Positions 8,631-19,305 are shown, numbered from the stretch's first letter. The stretch is 64,000 bases of DNA from Candidatus Borrarchaeum weybense (GCA_019057385.1 JAHQJS010000006.1:384001-448000); one strand, 5' to 3'. Numbers and translations are program-made. Notes: generated from the sequence alone by a model not told the origin.

Positions 8631-9692
8631 ATGAGGTGGTCATCTAACAAATCGCTTACCTTTTTCATATCAGCGCTTCTAGTGATATCATTGATTTCTT
8701 TAGCACTTATGACGGCTCCTACTGCTGCACAGGAAGAAAAATCAAAAGAACTTACCTTAACTGAAACCGATTCATTCTACATTGATAACGATTTCATTCA
8801 AATCAAATTTGTGAAAAAACGGCCAGTCGTCGAATGGTACAGCAAGGAAACAAATGAACATAGACTTGCTCTTTCTGTATTAGAGTTACAGGAATTCTTT
8901 GATAGTGACGGTACAAGTTACTATGATTCAGGTGACGTACTCTATCGCGAGTTTGACGTGAGCAACCCAAACAATTTACAAGGTCAAAAATTCGATGTAA
9001 CGAAATCAGTATCAGCAAACAGTATTGAATTGACTTTTAGGGCTCGCGGTGACATTGTTGATACCGAAGGTGATAAGGTTGGTTTTGGAGACGTCAGTTT
9101 TATCTTCACAATTTCCGCTTCAGATAGTGGAGCTGCTTCTTATGCGCCCCAAGACGGGGTAGAAATGTCAGTTGAAGTGGTTGTGAGTGATTGGGAGTAC
9201 TTTAATAAAGATAATAATATACTTGCGTTGAATTCATCGCTTAAAATGCAGTCTGGAGACTCTGCCACAATAAATGGAGAGTCGGTACAACCTGCGAATG
9301 ATTATACACAGTTCAAATCTGCTAATGTGCATCTACTATCTGTTTCTAATTCGACAAATGAACAGATGGGTTATGTGCGCTTGGCAGACAAGGATAACAA
9401 AGATACCAGAGACTTTCATGCCTACAAAGCATTTGGGACTCAAATAGTTATAATGTCTACTTATTATAATATAGGCAAGTCTACCATTCATCAAATGTCG
9501 ATTGGGGTACCAGAATCTATTAGTTCGCCTACAGATCAAGGTACAGGAGGCTTTGGTTTTGGAGATATTGGTTCTATTTTTCAGGGATTTCCCGGTATCT
9601 TAAGCAATATTCTGTTCATTGAAGTCGTCGTTGTAGCTGCGGTTCTTGTAACAATTGTAGTACTTCTAGTAAGACGTGTGAAAAAGGAATAA
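8631..9692 (+). CDS. Secreted, C-terminally membrane-anchored beta-rich protein
   Basis: Signal peptide ending TAA, S/T/G linker, C-terminal TM followed by RRVKKE. Confidence 0.75.
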   Translation: MRWSSNKSLTFFISALLVISLISLALMTAPTAAQEEKSKELTLTETDSFYIDNDFIQIKFVKKRPVVEWYSKETNEHRLALSVLELQEFFDSDGTSYYDSGDVLYREFDVSNPNNLQGQKFDVTKSVSANSIELTFRARGDIVDTEGDKVGFGDVSFIFTISASDSGAASYAPQDGVEMSVEVVVSDWEYFNKDNNILALNSSLKMQSGDSATINGESVQPANDYTQFKSANVHLLSVSNSTNEQMGYVRLADKDNKDTRDFHAYKAFGTQIVIMSTYYNIGKSTIHQMSIGVPESISSPTDQGTGGFGFGDIGSIFQGFPGILSNILFIEVVVVAAVLVTIVVLLVRRVKKE

Positions 9693-9754
9693 ATTAAATC
9701 TTTTCTCTTTTTTTGATAATTCCTACAAAAAAGTTGAAAATATAAACTAAAAAA

Positions 9755-10369
9755 CTACCAAGGAGTATTTTCGATCGTAAAAATGAAGGGTTTTCTAGCC
9801 CTATCTACTCTTATGAAGCCATCCTCTTCAAGTTCGTGTATATAGTTTCTGACAGCAGTGTTAGAGTATCCAGTTGCTTTACTAATAGTTGTGTAGTTGT
9901 TAGCTTTAGTTTTTTCAATGATTGCTAAAATCTTAAATTGAGGTACAGTTTCGAGTAGTTCTTTGAGGATTCGATTCCTGCGAGAAATTTCTCGTTTGAT
10001 CTTACTTGCTGTTTCAATTTTGCGTCTGTCCATTGTTCCAGATTGGATTGAAGGCGGTGCCTCAACTTTTGTAGGTTTTTCCTCAATTTGATCTACAGCC
10101 ATTCCTTTCTGAATAATTTCTTCTCTCAAGAATCCAAGATGACCTATTGCTTTTACAGTAATTGAATTAACGATTTGTGCTAATTTATCTAACACCTTTC
10201 CCTCAATTTTTTCCAAGAAATCGGTGATTTCTGGGGATTTCTGGGAATAATGTTGCTTTAAAATTTTGAAAAAATCTCCTAAGTCTTGAATTTTTTCTTC
10301 TCGTGCTTTATTGATAGCTCCCACAAAACGTAAAGTCATTCTGTGAATAAAATTCTCATCTACAACCAT
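9755..10369 (-). CDS. Helical protein with C-terminal winged HTH
   Basis: PQFKILAIIE...ISKATGYSNTAVRNYIHELEEDGFI. Confidence 0.7.
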   Translation of the reverse strand: MVVDENFIHRMTLRFVGAINKAREEKIQDLGDFFKILKQHYSQKSPEITDFLEKIEGKVLDKLAQIVNSITVKAIGHLGFLREEIIQKGMAVDQIEEKPTKVEAPPSIQSGTMDRRKIETASKIKREISRRNRILKELLETVPQFKILAIIEKTKANNYTTISKATGYSNTAVRNYIHELEEDGFIRVDRARKPFIFTIENTPW

Positions 10370-10400
10370 AGGATCCCCTGCTACTTACCATGTAAACTTC

Positions 10401-10955
10401 TCAAGTTGGTAGAAGTTGTTTGACAACGTTCGGACTTAGAGGAGGTGTTTTATCAGATACAGAAACACAAAGCGCTAGAAATGTTTCTAGTTCTTCAAGT
10501 AGTGATTTATTCTTTTTATCCTTTTTTGCTATCTCCTTTATCATTTCTGCTGATTTTTTATAGGCCTCTTTTGCCTTTTCTTTTAATGGACCTGAATTAC
10601 TCCAGTAACTAAAGCCTATAGTCTTCCAAATTTCTGTAACGCTCTCATTTGGTATCAATTTTGTTTGAGAATAAAGCTGAGCGCCTTTTTCAAATCCACG
10701 CTCGAAGAATCGTTCGACAGTTAATTTAATTGTTTTTAAATCAATATGATTTGGAATTCCGATATTAATCTCTCCTTTTGGAGTTTCATTTCTACGAAAA
10801 GCATTTGAAATATCATTTATGCTCTCAAAATAGACTATTACGGCAGTTTCGTCTTTACGATATTTTAATTTCCCCCAAAATAATGTTGGGATTACTATCG
10901 CATCAAGAGGTTTACTTTGATCCTCATTCATATTCAATCCACTACTATTTTTCAT
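10401..10955 (-). CDS. Hypothetical protein
   Basis: 184-aa ORF tightly packed between co-oriented genes. Confidence 0.6.
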   Translation of the reverse strand: MKNSSGLNMNEDQSKPLDAIVIPTLFWGKLKYRKDETAVIVYFESINDISNAFRRNETPKGEINIGIPNHIDLKTIKLTVERFFERGFEKGAQLYSQTKLIPNESVTEIWKTIGFSYWSNSGPLKEKAKEAYKKSAEMIKEIAKKDKKNKSLLEELETFLALCVSVSDKTPPLSPNVVKQLLPT

Positions 10956-10994
10956 TTGGTAAGATTCATTATTTTGTAACTAATTGATCTAATG

Positions 10995-11699
10995 TTATTT
11001 ATTCAAAGATATAATCTTAAATTCATTCACATAAACATCGAGTTGATTGAGAAAGAATGATAATTGGAATATGGGGACGATTGGAACATTTTGATGGGTT
11101 TTGATATCTTCAATTAACCAACTGATTAAAAGAGGCATTAGAAAACCCCCATCATTCCTTTCTATACAGAACTTTGAAAGATCTGCATCTTTTGAAAAAG
11201 CTATTGTTCTTTCGACCTGCTTTTCAACAGCCTTCTTTAATGCATGTTTCTTTCCAGTCCTAGGGCTCCAATGCTTGCAATCAATGCATAAAATAATTGG
11301 GTCACGTATTGCTAATAAATCGAGTTCATAACGTTTTTTCTTTGAACTTTTGAATCGAACTCTTGAATATACTTGAAATTCGTGATAAAGTAAGATATCC
11401 AGAGTAAATGCTTCAAATTCTTTCCAATCAAGATATTTGCAAAGTTTTTCGATATCATTACCAGCCTTAATTAACAAAAAGGCTAATTTTAATCTAGATT
11501 TAGGCGTTAAATTAACATAATTGTAATCATCTCTTGTAACAACGTCATTTGAAACAAGGTCATCTACTGTATATGTTATGAAATCCAAATCATTAATTCC
11601 TGTCAAACCGGCAAGCATTTCTATACTAATTGATTTCTTTTTGTACTTGAGTAATGACGATAGAACTACTTGTTTAGCGTTATTCTCCATAGGTTTCAC
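10995..11699 (-). CDS. wHTH plus PD-(D/E)XK (Mrr/NERD-like) nuclease-domain protein
   Basis: WKEFE...ELDLLA...IDCKHW. Confidence 0.8.
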   Translation of the reverse strand: MKPMENNAKQVVLSSLLKYKKKSISIEMLAGLTGINDLDFITYTVDDLVSNDVVTRDDYNYVNLTPKSRLKLAFLLIKAGNDIEKLCKYLDWKEFEAFTLDILLYHEFQVYSRVRFKSSKKKRYELDLLAIRDPIILCIDCKHWSPRTGKKHALKKAVEKQVERTIAFSKDADLSKFCIERNDGGFLMPLLISWLIEDIKTHQNVPIVPIFQLSFFLNQLDVYVNEFKIISLNK

Positions 11700-11959
11700 A
11701 TTAAATGTCCTTAAGTTAATTTAATTGCTTTCAAATAATTAGATTCGTTTTTTAGCATATATATCATTCGAGACAATATCTTTTAGAATCTAAAATAGAC
11801 AATTTTTAACTTTTAATGATCAACAAAACACTTAAAAACTGCGAAAATCAATGATGACTAAAATTGAAAATTCTGGAGACGTGAATGAGGTGAAACAGTC
11901 ACAAATAGACTGGAGGAATCGCGAAATCCACTAATGAGTTATTTTTTGAATTAGAAAAC

Positions 11960-12298
11960 ATGAATTTGAAATTAATAAACGATCTCGACCTTAAAAAAAT
12001 ACTCTCCATCTTAATGCGATCTTTTATCCAATTGGCACAAATTCGATTATCTTCTAAGCAAAAGTTGCTGTTAAAGAAGGCAAGAACATTACTTTCTTCT
12101 CAGCAGATGACTTTAACTTCTTTGGCAGAGTATTTATCATCGGAGTTGAATCTCGCGCATTCGACGGTGAAGTGGAATTTGAGAAATTTGCGAGACGTTG
12201 GCCTAATTACTGCTGGAGATGCAAATGAAAAAGGAATTAATGCAGAGCTAACGCTTGCGGGTGAACTTCTCAGCCAAGCTTTTAATACGGAAGTGTGA
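11960..12298 (+). CDS. Winged-HTH transcription regulator
   Basis: LTSLAEYLS...STVKWNLRNLRDVGLI...LTLAG. Confidence 0.8.
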   Translation: MNLKLINDLDLKKILSILMRSFIQLAQIRLSSKQKLLLKKARTLLSSQQMTLTSLAEYLSSELNLAHSTVKWNLRNLRDVGLITAGDANEKGINAELTLAGELLSQAFNTEV

Positions 12299-12367
12299 GA
12301 AGCTTTAAAAACAAAAAAAGAAATTACATTTCACTACGCTTATTGATTTTTCATGTTTATAATTTAA

Positions 12368-13372
12368 ATGACCAAGAGATGGTTGAAGAAGATGAGCAAC
12401 GAACAAGAAGGCGCTAGAGTATTTAAAGTAGAATTAGGCGTTGGAAAGCCAGTAAGAAACAGAATAATGCGAAAAGGAAGAGGTTTTAGCCGTTTAGAGT
12501 TGAAAGAAGCAGGAAGTACTGTCTTAGAAGCTCGTAAATTTAGTATTCCTATAGATACCAAACGCAAGTCAATGCATGATTTTAATATCTCCATTTTAAA
12601 AGAACTTCTTGAGGAAGAAAGAGCGAGTTCAGTCCGGACAGAATTAGAAAAAGAAGTCATTAAAAAAGAATACCAAGAATTTACACAGATAAGAGGAATT
12701 GGTTTATCAAGTGCAGAGGAAATAGTTGAAATGGGCATTGCATCTGTAGAAGAACTAGCCGCGCTTGAAGTAGAGAAACTGGATACAGATGTACCAATTA
12801 CGACAATAAAACGCTGGGTTCGGAATGCTAAAAAACACCTTGGAGAAGATATTGAAGAACTAGAGGAACTAGAAGAACTAGAGGAACTAGAGGAACTAGA
12901 AGAACTAGAAGAATTGGAGGAAGAAATCGAAGAACTTGAGGCAACTGAACTAACGGATTTAGAGGCAGAATTGGAGGAAATTGGGTCAGAAGAGGAAAAA
13001 GAAGTAGAGGAAATATCAGAAGATGAGGTTATAGTTACTGAGAAGGACGAAATCTATAAAGAACTTATGCAAGTTCGCGGAATAGGCAAGAAAACAGCAG
13101 AAAAAATTGTTGAGCTTGGAGTTACATCGATTGAGGAACTGGCAGCACTTGAAGTAGATATGATACCGGAAACAGCAGATGTTTCTACTAACTCATTAAG
13201 GAACTGGGTAAAAAACGCACAAAAGCACCTTAAAAGAGAAAGTGAGGAAATTGAGGACGAAGAAACCGAAGAGATAACAGATGAAGAATTAGACAAAATA
13301 GAAGCAGAAATAGATGAATTAGAAGACTTAGACGAAGAAGACATCGATGCTTTGCTTCTGGAAGACGATTAA
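12368..13372 (+). CDS. rpl13e: Ribosomal protein L13e domain fused to two helix-hairpin-helix repeats and acidic linkers
   Basis: RKGRGFSRLELKEAG...IPIDTKRKSMH (L13e); QIRGIG..AEEIVEMG and QVRGIG..AEKIVELG (HhH). Confidence 0.8.
   Translation: MTKRWLKKMSNEQEGARVFKVELGVGKPVRNRIMRKGRGFSRLELKEAGSTVLEARKFSIPIDTKRKSMHDFNISILKELLEEERASSVRTELEKEVIKKEYQEFTQIRGIGLSSAEEIVEMGIASVEELAALEVEKLDTDVPITTIKRWVRNAKKHLGEDIEELEELEELEELEELEELEELEEEIEELEATELTDLEAELEEIGSEEEKEVEEISEDEVIVTEKDEIYKELMQVRGIGKKTAEKIVELGVTSIEELAALEVDMIPETADVSTNSLRNWVKNAQKHLKRESEEIEDEETEEITDEELDKIEAEIDELEDLDEEDIDALLLEDD
12854..12916 (+). repeat. 9-bp tandem repeat (GARGAAYTR) x7 encoding (EEL)7
   Basis: gaagaacta gaggaacta gaagaacta gaggaacta gaggaacta gaagaacta gaagaattg. 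Confidence 0.9.
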
Positions 13373-13441
13373 GAAGAGACTTAAGTACTAATGTTATTCT
13401 TTACTTATATAGGACCTTTTCTATCTGATGGGATGAGTAAC

Positions 13442-14473
13442 TCATCCTAAAATACTTTCTTTATTGAAATCGAAAAAAACAGCTGTCTCCGAATCATATG
13501 TTATTTTGTATTTTTTCGAATCATCTATTTTCCCAATAGTAGATGTTGATAAATCATGTGATTCAAGAAGTTCGATCGCCGCTGAGATATGATTTGGCTT
13601 AATAGTAAGTATATACCCTGTAGAAATGAAAATTTTTGTCCAGTGGTCAAGTGGAACATGTGCAGGTTTATTTCTCTCAATTTGGTTTAGGTTGATAATA
13701 GCACCAACTCTGCTTGCCTCGAAAAGCATGCCAAGTGTTCCTAGAATTCCAGCGTTACTTATATCTTTACAAGCTGATGCAAATCCAGTTTTCCCAATTT
13801 CACAAATAGCTTGCCTATGCCGAAGTACCTCTTCCGATGATTTCATTGAGGTACAATCCCAACCGAAAGTGTATTTTTGTCCAACATGCCCTTTTGTATC
13901 TATAGCTGTAACTATAATATCCCCTGCTCTGGCTCCACTACTTGAAATTCTGTGTTCTCTTCGAACCCTGCCTATTATTCCCGCACTAGCAATATTTCTG
14001 GTGTCATTTGGGTGAGTATGTCCTCCTACAATGGGAACTCTAAATTTTTTAGATCCATCAATTATTCCTCTAACCAAATCATCGCCAATCTGCTTTTGAT
14101 CGTTCTCATATGCCAATATTAAGACCATTGCTAATGGCTTACCCGCCGTTGCATATATGTCATTTACATTTGCCATAACAAGTGAATAACCCGCCATATA
14201 TGGATTGACTTCAATGAATTTTTCCGTAATACTATCCGCATGGAATACTACCTCATATTCTGAGTTCGTATCAAATTCAATGCTTGCACAATCTTCACCT
14301 TTGAATAAAATAACATGAGGTGATTTGAATCCATTGATTTCCAATTCCTTAAGGATCGGTTCGGTATTTTTTTTAGCTTTTATTGCTGGAAATTCTTTCA
14401 ATTCGGCTAAGAATTTGTTGAAATCCATTTTCATTATCATCACACAGAGTTCATAATTAGTATTTAGATACAA
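13442..14473 (-). CDS. AIR-synthase-related (PurM/ThiL/SelD fold; methanogenesis marker 2 / sll0787-like) protein
   Basis: GEDCA, ANVNDIYA..GKP, VPIVGGHTHP, CKDISNAG..GTL. Confidence 0.85.
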   Translation of the reverse strand: MYLNTNYELCVMIMKMDFNKFLAELKEFPAIKAKKNTEPILKELEINGFKSPHVILFKGEDCASIEFDTNSEYEVVFHADSITEKFIEVNPYMAGYSLVMANVNDIYATAGKPLAMVLILAYENDQKQIGDDLVRGIIDGSKKFRVPIVGGHTHPNDTRNIASAGIIGRVRREHRISSSGARAGDIIVTAIDTKGHVGQKYTFGWDCTSMKSSEEVLRHRQAICEIGKTGFASACKDISNAGILGTLGMLFEASRVGAIINLNQIERNKPAHVPLDHWTKIFISTGYILTIKPNHISAAIELLESHDLSTSTIGKIDDSKKYKITYDSETAVFFDFNKESILG

Positions 14474-14599
14474 GGAAATATAATTGCCAATTCCACTTAA
14501 AATTTCTATAGAAACTCAAAACCAAAAACTATAAGTTTCTAAAACTTAACTATTAGTTTCTTAAAGTTATTTTTTGTGATTTGAAGTGAGTGTGAATTT

Positions 14600-15265
14600 A
14601 TGAGTGGTCTTCTTGAATGGTTTAAATCGAGACGTGAATCTGAAGTAATTCGAAAAACTAGGGAACATGCCTTAAAAGTGAATCAAGTTGTTCATGAAAC
14701 ACAAGACTTCATTAAGAAGGCTTTTCAAGGCAAAATTCCCAAAAAAACCCAAAAAAGAACTGAGCAAATTGAGCACGAAGCTGATATTTTACGAAGAGAA
14801 ATCTTCTCAATTTTGACAACTGGAGAGATTAATCCAAATGCAAGGGAAGATCTGATGCACATAGTCAAAAGAATGGACGATGTTGCAAATAATGCTAATG
14901 CAGCGGTAAGAAGAATGGCTTTATTTAATGTGGTAGAATTTCCGGATGAACTCAAAGACTTGATTTCAAAGATGATGTCACATTCAATAGAATGTAGTGA
15001 TATGCTAAAGGAGTGTATTGAAAAACTCGGAATTGAGGCATCAGAAATTTTGCGTCTTACAGACAGGATTGGGGAAATTGAACACGAGGTTGATCTCTTG
15101 AATTCAAATGTTAAAAGCTTCTTAATAAATTCTAACCTCACAATGAACCCGTTTGAAGCGATAGTAGTTCACGAATTTATTGAACGTATTGAAAATATTG
15201 CAGATGCATGTGAGGATACAGCCGACATAGTCAAATTGATGGCTTTGCGAGATGAAGTGAGATAA
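14600..15265 (+). CDS. DUF47/PhoU-like phosphate transport regulator
   Basis: EHEAD..RR, REDL, IEHEVD, IENIADACED. Confidence 0.9.
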   Translation: MSGLLEWFKSRRESEVIRKTREHALKVNQVVHETQDFIKKAFQGKIPKKTQKRTEQIEHEADILRREIFSILTTGEINPNAREDLMHIVKRMDDVANNANAAVRRMALFNVVEFPDELKDLISKMMSHSIECSDMLKECIEKLGIEASEILRLTDRIGEIEHEVDLLNSNVKSFLINSNLTMNPFEAIVVHEFIERIENIADACEDTADIVKLMALRDEVR

Positions 15266-15337
15266 CTAATCCTATGTCGTCTAACTTATAATGTAGCAAA
15301 TTTGTTGCTTTGAAGTCAAAATCATTTAACAAGGTAT

Positions 15338-16447
15338 TTATTCTAGTTCTAAAGCCTTACCCAGTCCTTCTTCTGGATAATCAAAAATAAGAGTTTCTCT
15401 TGGATGAAAATATATAGTTACTCGGTCACCTTCTTTGAACCATTCGCGTGTTGCTTTTTCTTTGACTATTACCCTCTCTTTTTTTTCAAGGTTAACTTCG
15501 TATCTATTCGTACCGCTAATGAATTTTGAACTTTCAATTTCTCCGTGAAAATGATTTGGCTTATCCATGTTTATCTTTTGATAAATTTGAATATCTTCGG
15601 CTCTTATGCCAAGAACAATTCGGGAATTTTCAGCTTTGGATGTCTTGTTAGTTTCTGCTCTTAAGCCATTATCAAGTTCCATTAGTGCCGAATTCTTCTC
15701 TACTTTTTTAATTTTGCCTGCAAAGAAATTAGTATCACTGAGAAAATTTGCAACAAAAATACTTTGTGGATTCTCATATACTTCAGCTGGTGTACCAATT
15801 TGGATAAGAGTTCCTTCTCTTAAGATAGCAATTCTATCTGCTATTAGAAAGGCTTCAGTAATATCATTAGTCGCGTGGATTGCGGTTATCTTTAAATCTT
15901 TTACAATCTTTCGGAGTTCCTTACGTAATGCCATTCTTATTCTTGCATCCAATGCACCAAGTGGTTCATCCAAAAGAAGTAACTTTGCTCCACTCATCAA
16001 TGTACGTGCTAATGCCACTCTTTGTTTCATTCCACCGCTTAGTTCTTTTGGAAGTGCACCTCCTCTTCCAATAAGTACCATAAGTTCTAACATTTCTCGG
16101 GCACTTTTTTTAGATTCATCTAAACTCTCTCCTTTAACTCTAGGGGAATATATCAAATTATCGACGACATCTAGATGAGGAAATAATGCATATCGCGCAA
16201 AAACAAAACCTATGTTTCGGTTTTCTGTAGTTATATTATTTACACTTAAATTATCGATAGAGATCTCGCCGCCCTTATCGGGTTGGATTAAACCAGCAAT
16301 TAATTTGAGGGTAGTGGTTTTACCACTACCGGTGGGACCCAGCAGTATAAGGTATTCGCCGTTGTTGATTGTTAAATTAAGATCATTTAATGCAACAAGG
16401 CTCTCATATTTTTTTGTAACATGCATTAGTTCAACTTTAGGTGACAT
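15338..16447 (-). CDS. ABC importer ATPase with TOBE domain (intact signature, degenerate Q- and H-loops)
   Basis: GPTGSGKT, LSGGM, LLLLDEP, HATND. Confidence 0.9.
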   Translation of the reverse strand: MSPKVELMHVTKKYESLVALNDLNLTINNGEYLILLGPTGSGKTTTLKLIAGLIQPDKGGEISIDNLSVNNITTENRNIGFVFARYALFPHLDVVDNLIYSPRVKGESLDESKKSAREMLELMVLIGRGGALPKELSGGMKQRVALARTLMSGAKLLLLDEPLGALDARIRMALRKELRKIVKDLKITAIHATNDITEAFLIADRIAILREGTLIQIGTPAEVYENPQSIFVANFLSDTNFFAGKIKKVEKNSALMELDNGLRAETNKTSKAENSRIVLGIRAEDIQIYQKINMDKPNHFHGEIESSKFISGTNRYEVNLEKKERVIVKEKATREWFKEGDRVTIYFHPRETLIFDYPEEGLGKALELE

Positions 16448-16471
16448 TCGTAATTCAACCTCTATATTTGA

Positions 16472-17593
16472 CTATTCTAAAGATAAATGAGGTGCAAGTC
16501 CATCGCTTGGATATCGGAAAACAACAGCCAATGAGGTATCCATTCGAACCGTTACAATATCTTCAATGTTAAAGGACGGTGGAGCACGAGCAAATTCCTT
16601 TACCCCTATTGTCTCCCCTGCATCCAGTTTTACTTCATATGAGTGCCTATCTCCTAGAAATCTATACCCAATTATCTTTCCCGGGATGAAATTGAGAGCG
16701 CCAAGTCTTTCAATAGAATATATTTTCAGTAATTCTTGACGAATGCTTATAACGACACGCTTACCCCGTTTTATTGCCTTTTCATTGGTTCTAAGTATGG
16801 ATCCGTCGCGTAATCGTATTTCTGATCCTATTTCAGTAACATTTGAAACTACACCTTCAATAAAATTTGACTCGCCAAGGAAATTTGCTACGAAAATGTC
16901 ATTCGGCGTGTAGTAAAGTTCTGTAGGTTCGCCTATCTGAACGATTCTTCCTTTTCTCATAACAATTATTCTATCAGCAATGGCCATAGCTTCTAACTGA
17001 TCATGTGTTACATGAATTGCTGTTAATTTGTTCTTTTTTACAATCTTGCGCAGTTCGTGCTGGAAAATGGCTTTCACTTTTGGATCTAGAGCCCCTAGAG
17101 CTTCATCAAATAGCATAAGTTTAGCGCCAGTAGCTAAAGCTCTTGCGACCCCAACACGTTGCAATTCAGGCGTGTTCAGTTCATCAGGAAAATTTTCAAC
17201 CTTATCTGCCAGTTTTGTAGTATCTAATGCCTCCCAAACGCGTTTCTCAATTTCAATTTCGTCTAATCCTCTCAATTTAGGACCATAACCTACATTATCC
17301 CACACGTCCCAAAATGGAAAAATCTCAAAATGCTGGAAAACGAAGCCTATATCGCGGTTACCGGCTGGAGCAAATGTTACGTCTTTTCCATCTATAATGA
17401 CTTCACCTTCAGTAGGTTGTGTCAGACCAGCAATGATTCGTAAAGTCGTTGTTTTACCGCAACCGCTTGGACCTAGTAAGGTAACGTATTCTCCATTACG
17501 AACTGTCAAATTAACTGAATCGACAGCGATGACCTTATCATAGTGTTTTGAGATATTGCTTAATTTTACCTCTGGCATTTTTACGCTTTCCAT
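16472..17593 (-). CDS. ABC importer ATPase with TOBE domain (degenerate signature)
   Basis: GPSGCGKT, FQ, LNTPELQRV, LMLFDEA, HVTHD. Confidence 0.9.
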   Translation of the reverse strand: MESVKMPEVKLSNISKHYDKVIAVDSVNLTVRNGEYVTLLGPSGCGKTTTLRIIAGLTQPTEGEVIIDGKDVTFAPAGNRDIGFVFQHFEIFPFWDVWDNVGYGPKLRGLDEIEIEKRVWEALDTTKLADKVENFPDELNTPELQRVGVARALATGAKLMLFDEALGALDPKVKAIFQHELRKIVKKNKLTAIHVTHDQLEAMAIADRIIVMRKGRIVQIGEPTELYYTPNDIFVANFLGESNFIEGVVSNVTEIGSEIRLRDGSILRTNEKAIKRGKRVVISIRQELLKIYSIERLGALNFIPGKIIGYRFLGDRHSYEVKLDAGETIGVKEFARAPPSFNIEDIVTVRMDTSLAVVFRYPSDGLAPHLSLE

Positions 17594-17605
17594 GATTTTC
17601 TAAAT

Positions 17606-19303
17606 TCATTTCCATTCTTCTGCTGACCTGCTAATATAGCGTAATATCAACAAAAGCGTCAAAGAGATACATATCAAAATAATAGATGCGAAAGCTGCTG
17701 CAGGAAGAGCCAAAGATTCCACTAAATCCACAATATACACAGGAACCGTTCTTGATAAACCCATTACTACGATTGTAGCGCCGGTTTCTCCAAGTGATCG
17801 TGTGAATACCATGATTGCACCTGCAAGAATGCCACGTCCTGTCAATCTCAGGGAGACTGTTCGAAATGTCGTCAGATCAGATGCGCCGAGCGTTCTTGCG
17901 ACTTCTTCGTACCCTGGATCGATCCCTTCTATGACTGCTATAACAGGACGGATGAAATACGGATATGTAAAGATTATATGAACCATTAGAATAAGCCAAA
18001 AACCTGGATTAATCATACCTCTCCAAAAGAGGAACGCTGAAAAACCAATTGCAGAAGATGGAACTGCAAGTGGAATGTCAATCATTGCGTCAAGTATACC
18101 ATTAATTTTGCCCCATTTTCTTCGGACTAAAATAAATGCCATGGGTAGCCCAAATCCCAAATTTATTAACGTTGCCAGCGTTGCAACTTGTAAGCTGGTG
18201 ACAAGAGAAATGAACAACCATGCCCATTTCAAATCAGGAGCCAAAAACACTTGATAAAATACGCCTGATTCAAAACGTCCAGTTGCGGGGGAGCCACTCC
18301 ACCATAATGCCACATATTGAAAGGTAAAGAGGCTAGGCAGAAGAATAATGACTAAAAAAATTGCTATTGTCAAAGAGTTTCTAAACCTTCGTTGCCACAT
18401 TCCACTTAAAAACTGTTCAGGGCGTGGCCATACTTTCTCTATTGGAAATCCAACCTTTCGTGCCATGATTCTAACTAAAACTAACATAATAACTGCAATA
18501 GTTACAAGTACCATCGATAGAAACGCGGTTGCTGGAATTAATAATAACTTTCTCCAGGAAACTATGAGTATCGGTGCTGTTTCATATACCCCTGCTACGA
18601 TTAACGTGGCACCTGTTTCACCTAGACTTCTGGTAAATGAAAGAATTGCGCCTGCAATAAGACCTTCTTTCATTAAAGGCATACTTATTGTTCGCCACGT
18701 GGTGAATCCCGAAGCACCCAAGGTTTTTGCTGCATCCTCATAGGTTTTATCGATTCCTAATATAACCGCTTTTAGAGATCTGACGATATATGGGTAGGTA
18801 AAAGCAATATGAGCTAAAATGATCAAAAGTGGGCCACGGGATAAAAGACCCGTTTCTAAGCCTAAAAGCACCGAAATCCCGCTACGGCTACCCCAAAACA
18901 AGAATATGCTAAAGCCAAGTGCTGCAGTTGGAACTGCCATTGGCAGATCCACTAATGTATCCAAGATTTCTTTTCCTTTAAACTTATATCGGGAAATAAG
19001 GATGGCCATTGGCAATCCGATTATTATATTAATAACTGTCGCAATGGACGCAATCTGAAAACTTCTAATTAATGCTGTTCTCATAATCTGCCATCGAATG
19101 TCGCCAGCTATTGGGTCGTTGAAAACTGTTGTGACGACCTCATTCCAACCAAGAAATACTGCTGAAAAAACAAAAATCGTTGGACCTAGGATAATCACAA
19201 AGAAAAAGGCAAGTGTTACTCCCTCGGCGCCTAGGCGACACCATCGGTTCGACAATCGATGTTCCAATGTTCTAATTCTTTCACTGAGCGAAGAGGTCGC
19301 CAT
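17606..19303 (-). CDS. ABC permease with two fused BPD_transp_1 domains (CysT/ModB-like)
   Basis: Two EAA loops (YEDAAKTLGA, YEEVARTLGA) and two FTRSLGETGAT motifs. Confidence 0.9.
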   Translation of the reverse strand: MATSSLSERIRTLEHRLSNRWCRLGAEGVTLAFFFVIILGPTIFVFSAVFLGWNEVVTTVFNDPIAGDIRWQIMRTALIRSFQIASIATVINIIIGLPMAILISRYKFKGKEILDTLVDLPMAVPTAALGFSIFLFWGSRSGISVLLGLETGLLSRGPLLIILAHIAFTYPYIVRSLKAVILGIDKTYEDAAKTLGASGFTTWRTISMPLMKEGLIAGAILSFTRSLGETGATLIVAGVYETAPILIVSWRKLLLIPATAFLSMVLVTIAVIMLVLVRIMARKVGFPIEKVWPRPEQFLSGMWQRRFRNSLTIAIFLVIILLPSLFTFQYVALWWSGSPATGRFESGVFYQVFLAPDLKWAWLFISLVTSLQVATLATLINLGFGLPMAFILVRRKWGKINGILDAMIDIPLAVPSSAIGFSAFLFWRGMINPGFWLILMVHIIFTYPYFIRPVIAVIEGIDPGYEEVARTLGASDLTTFRTVSLRLTGRGILAGAIMVFTRSLGETGATIVVMGLSRTVPVYIVDLVESLALPAAAFASIILICISLTLLLILRYISRSAEEWK

Positions 19304-19305
19304 TT

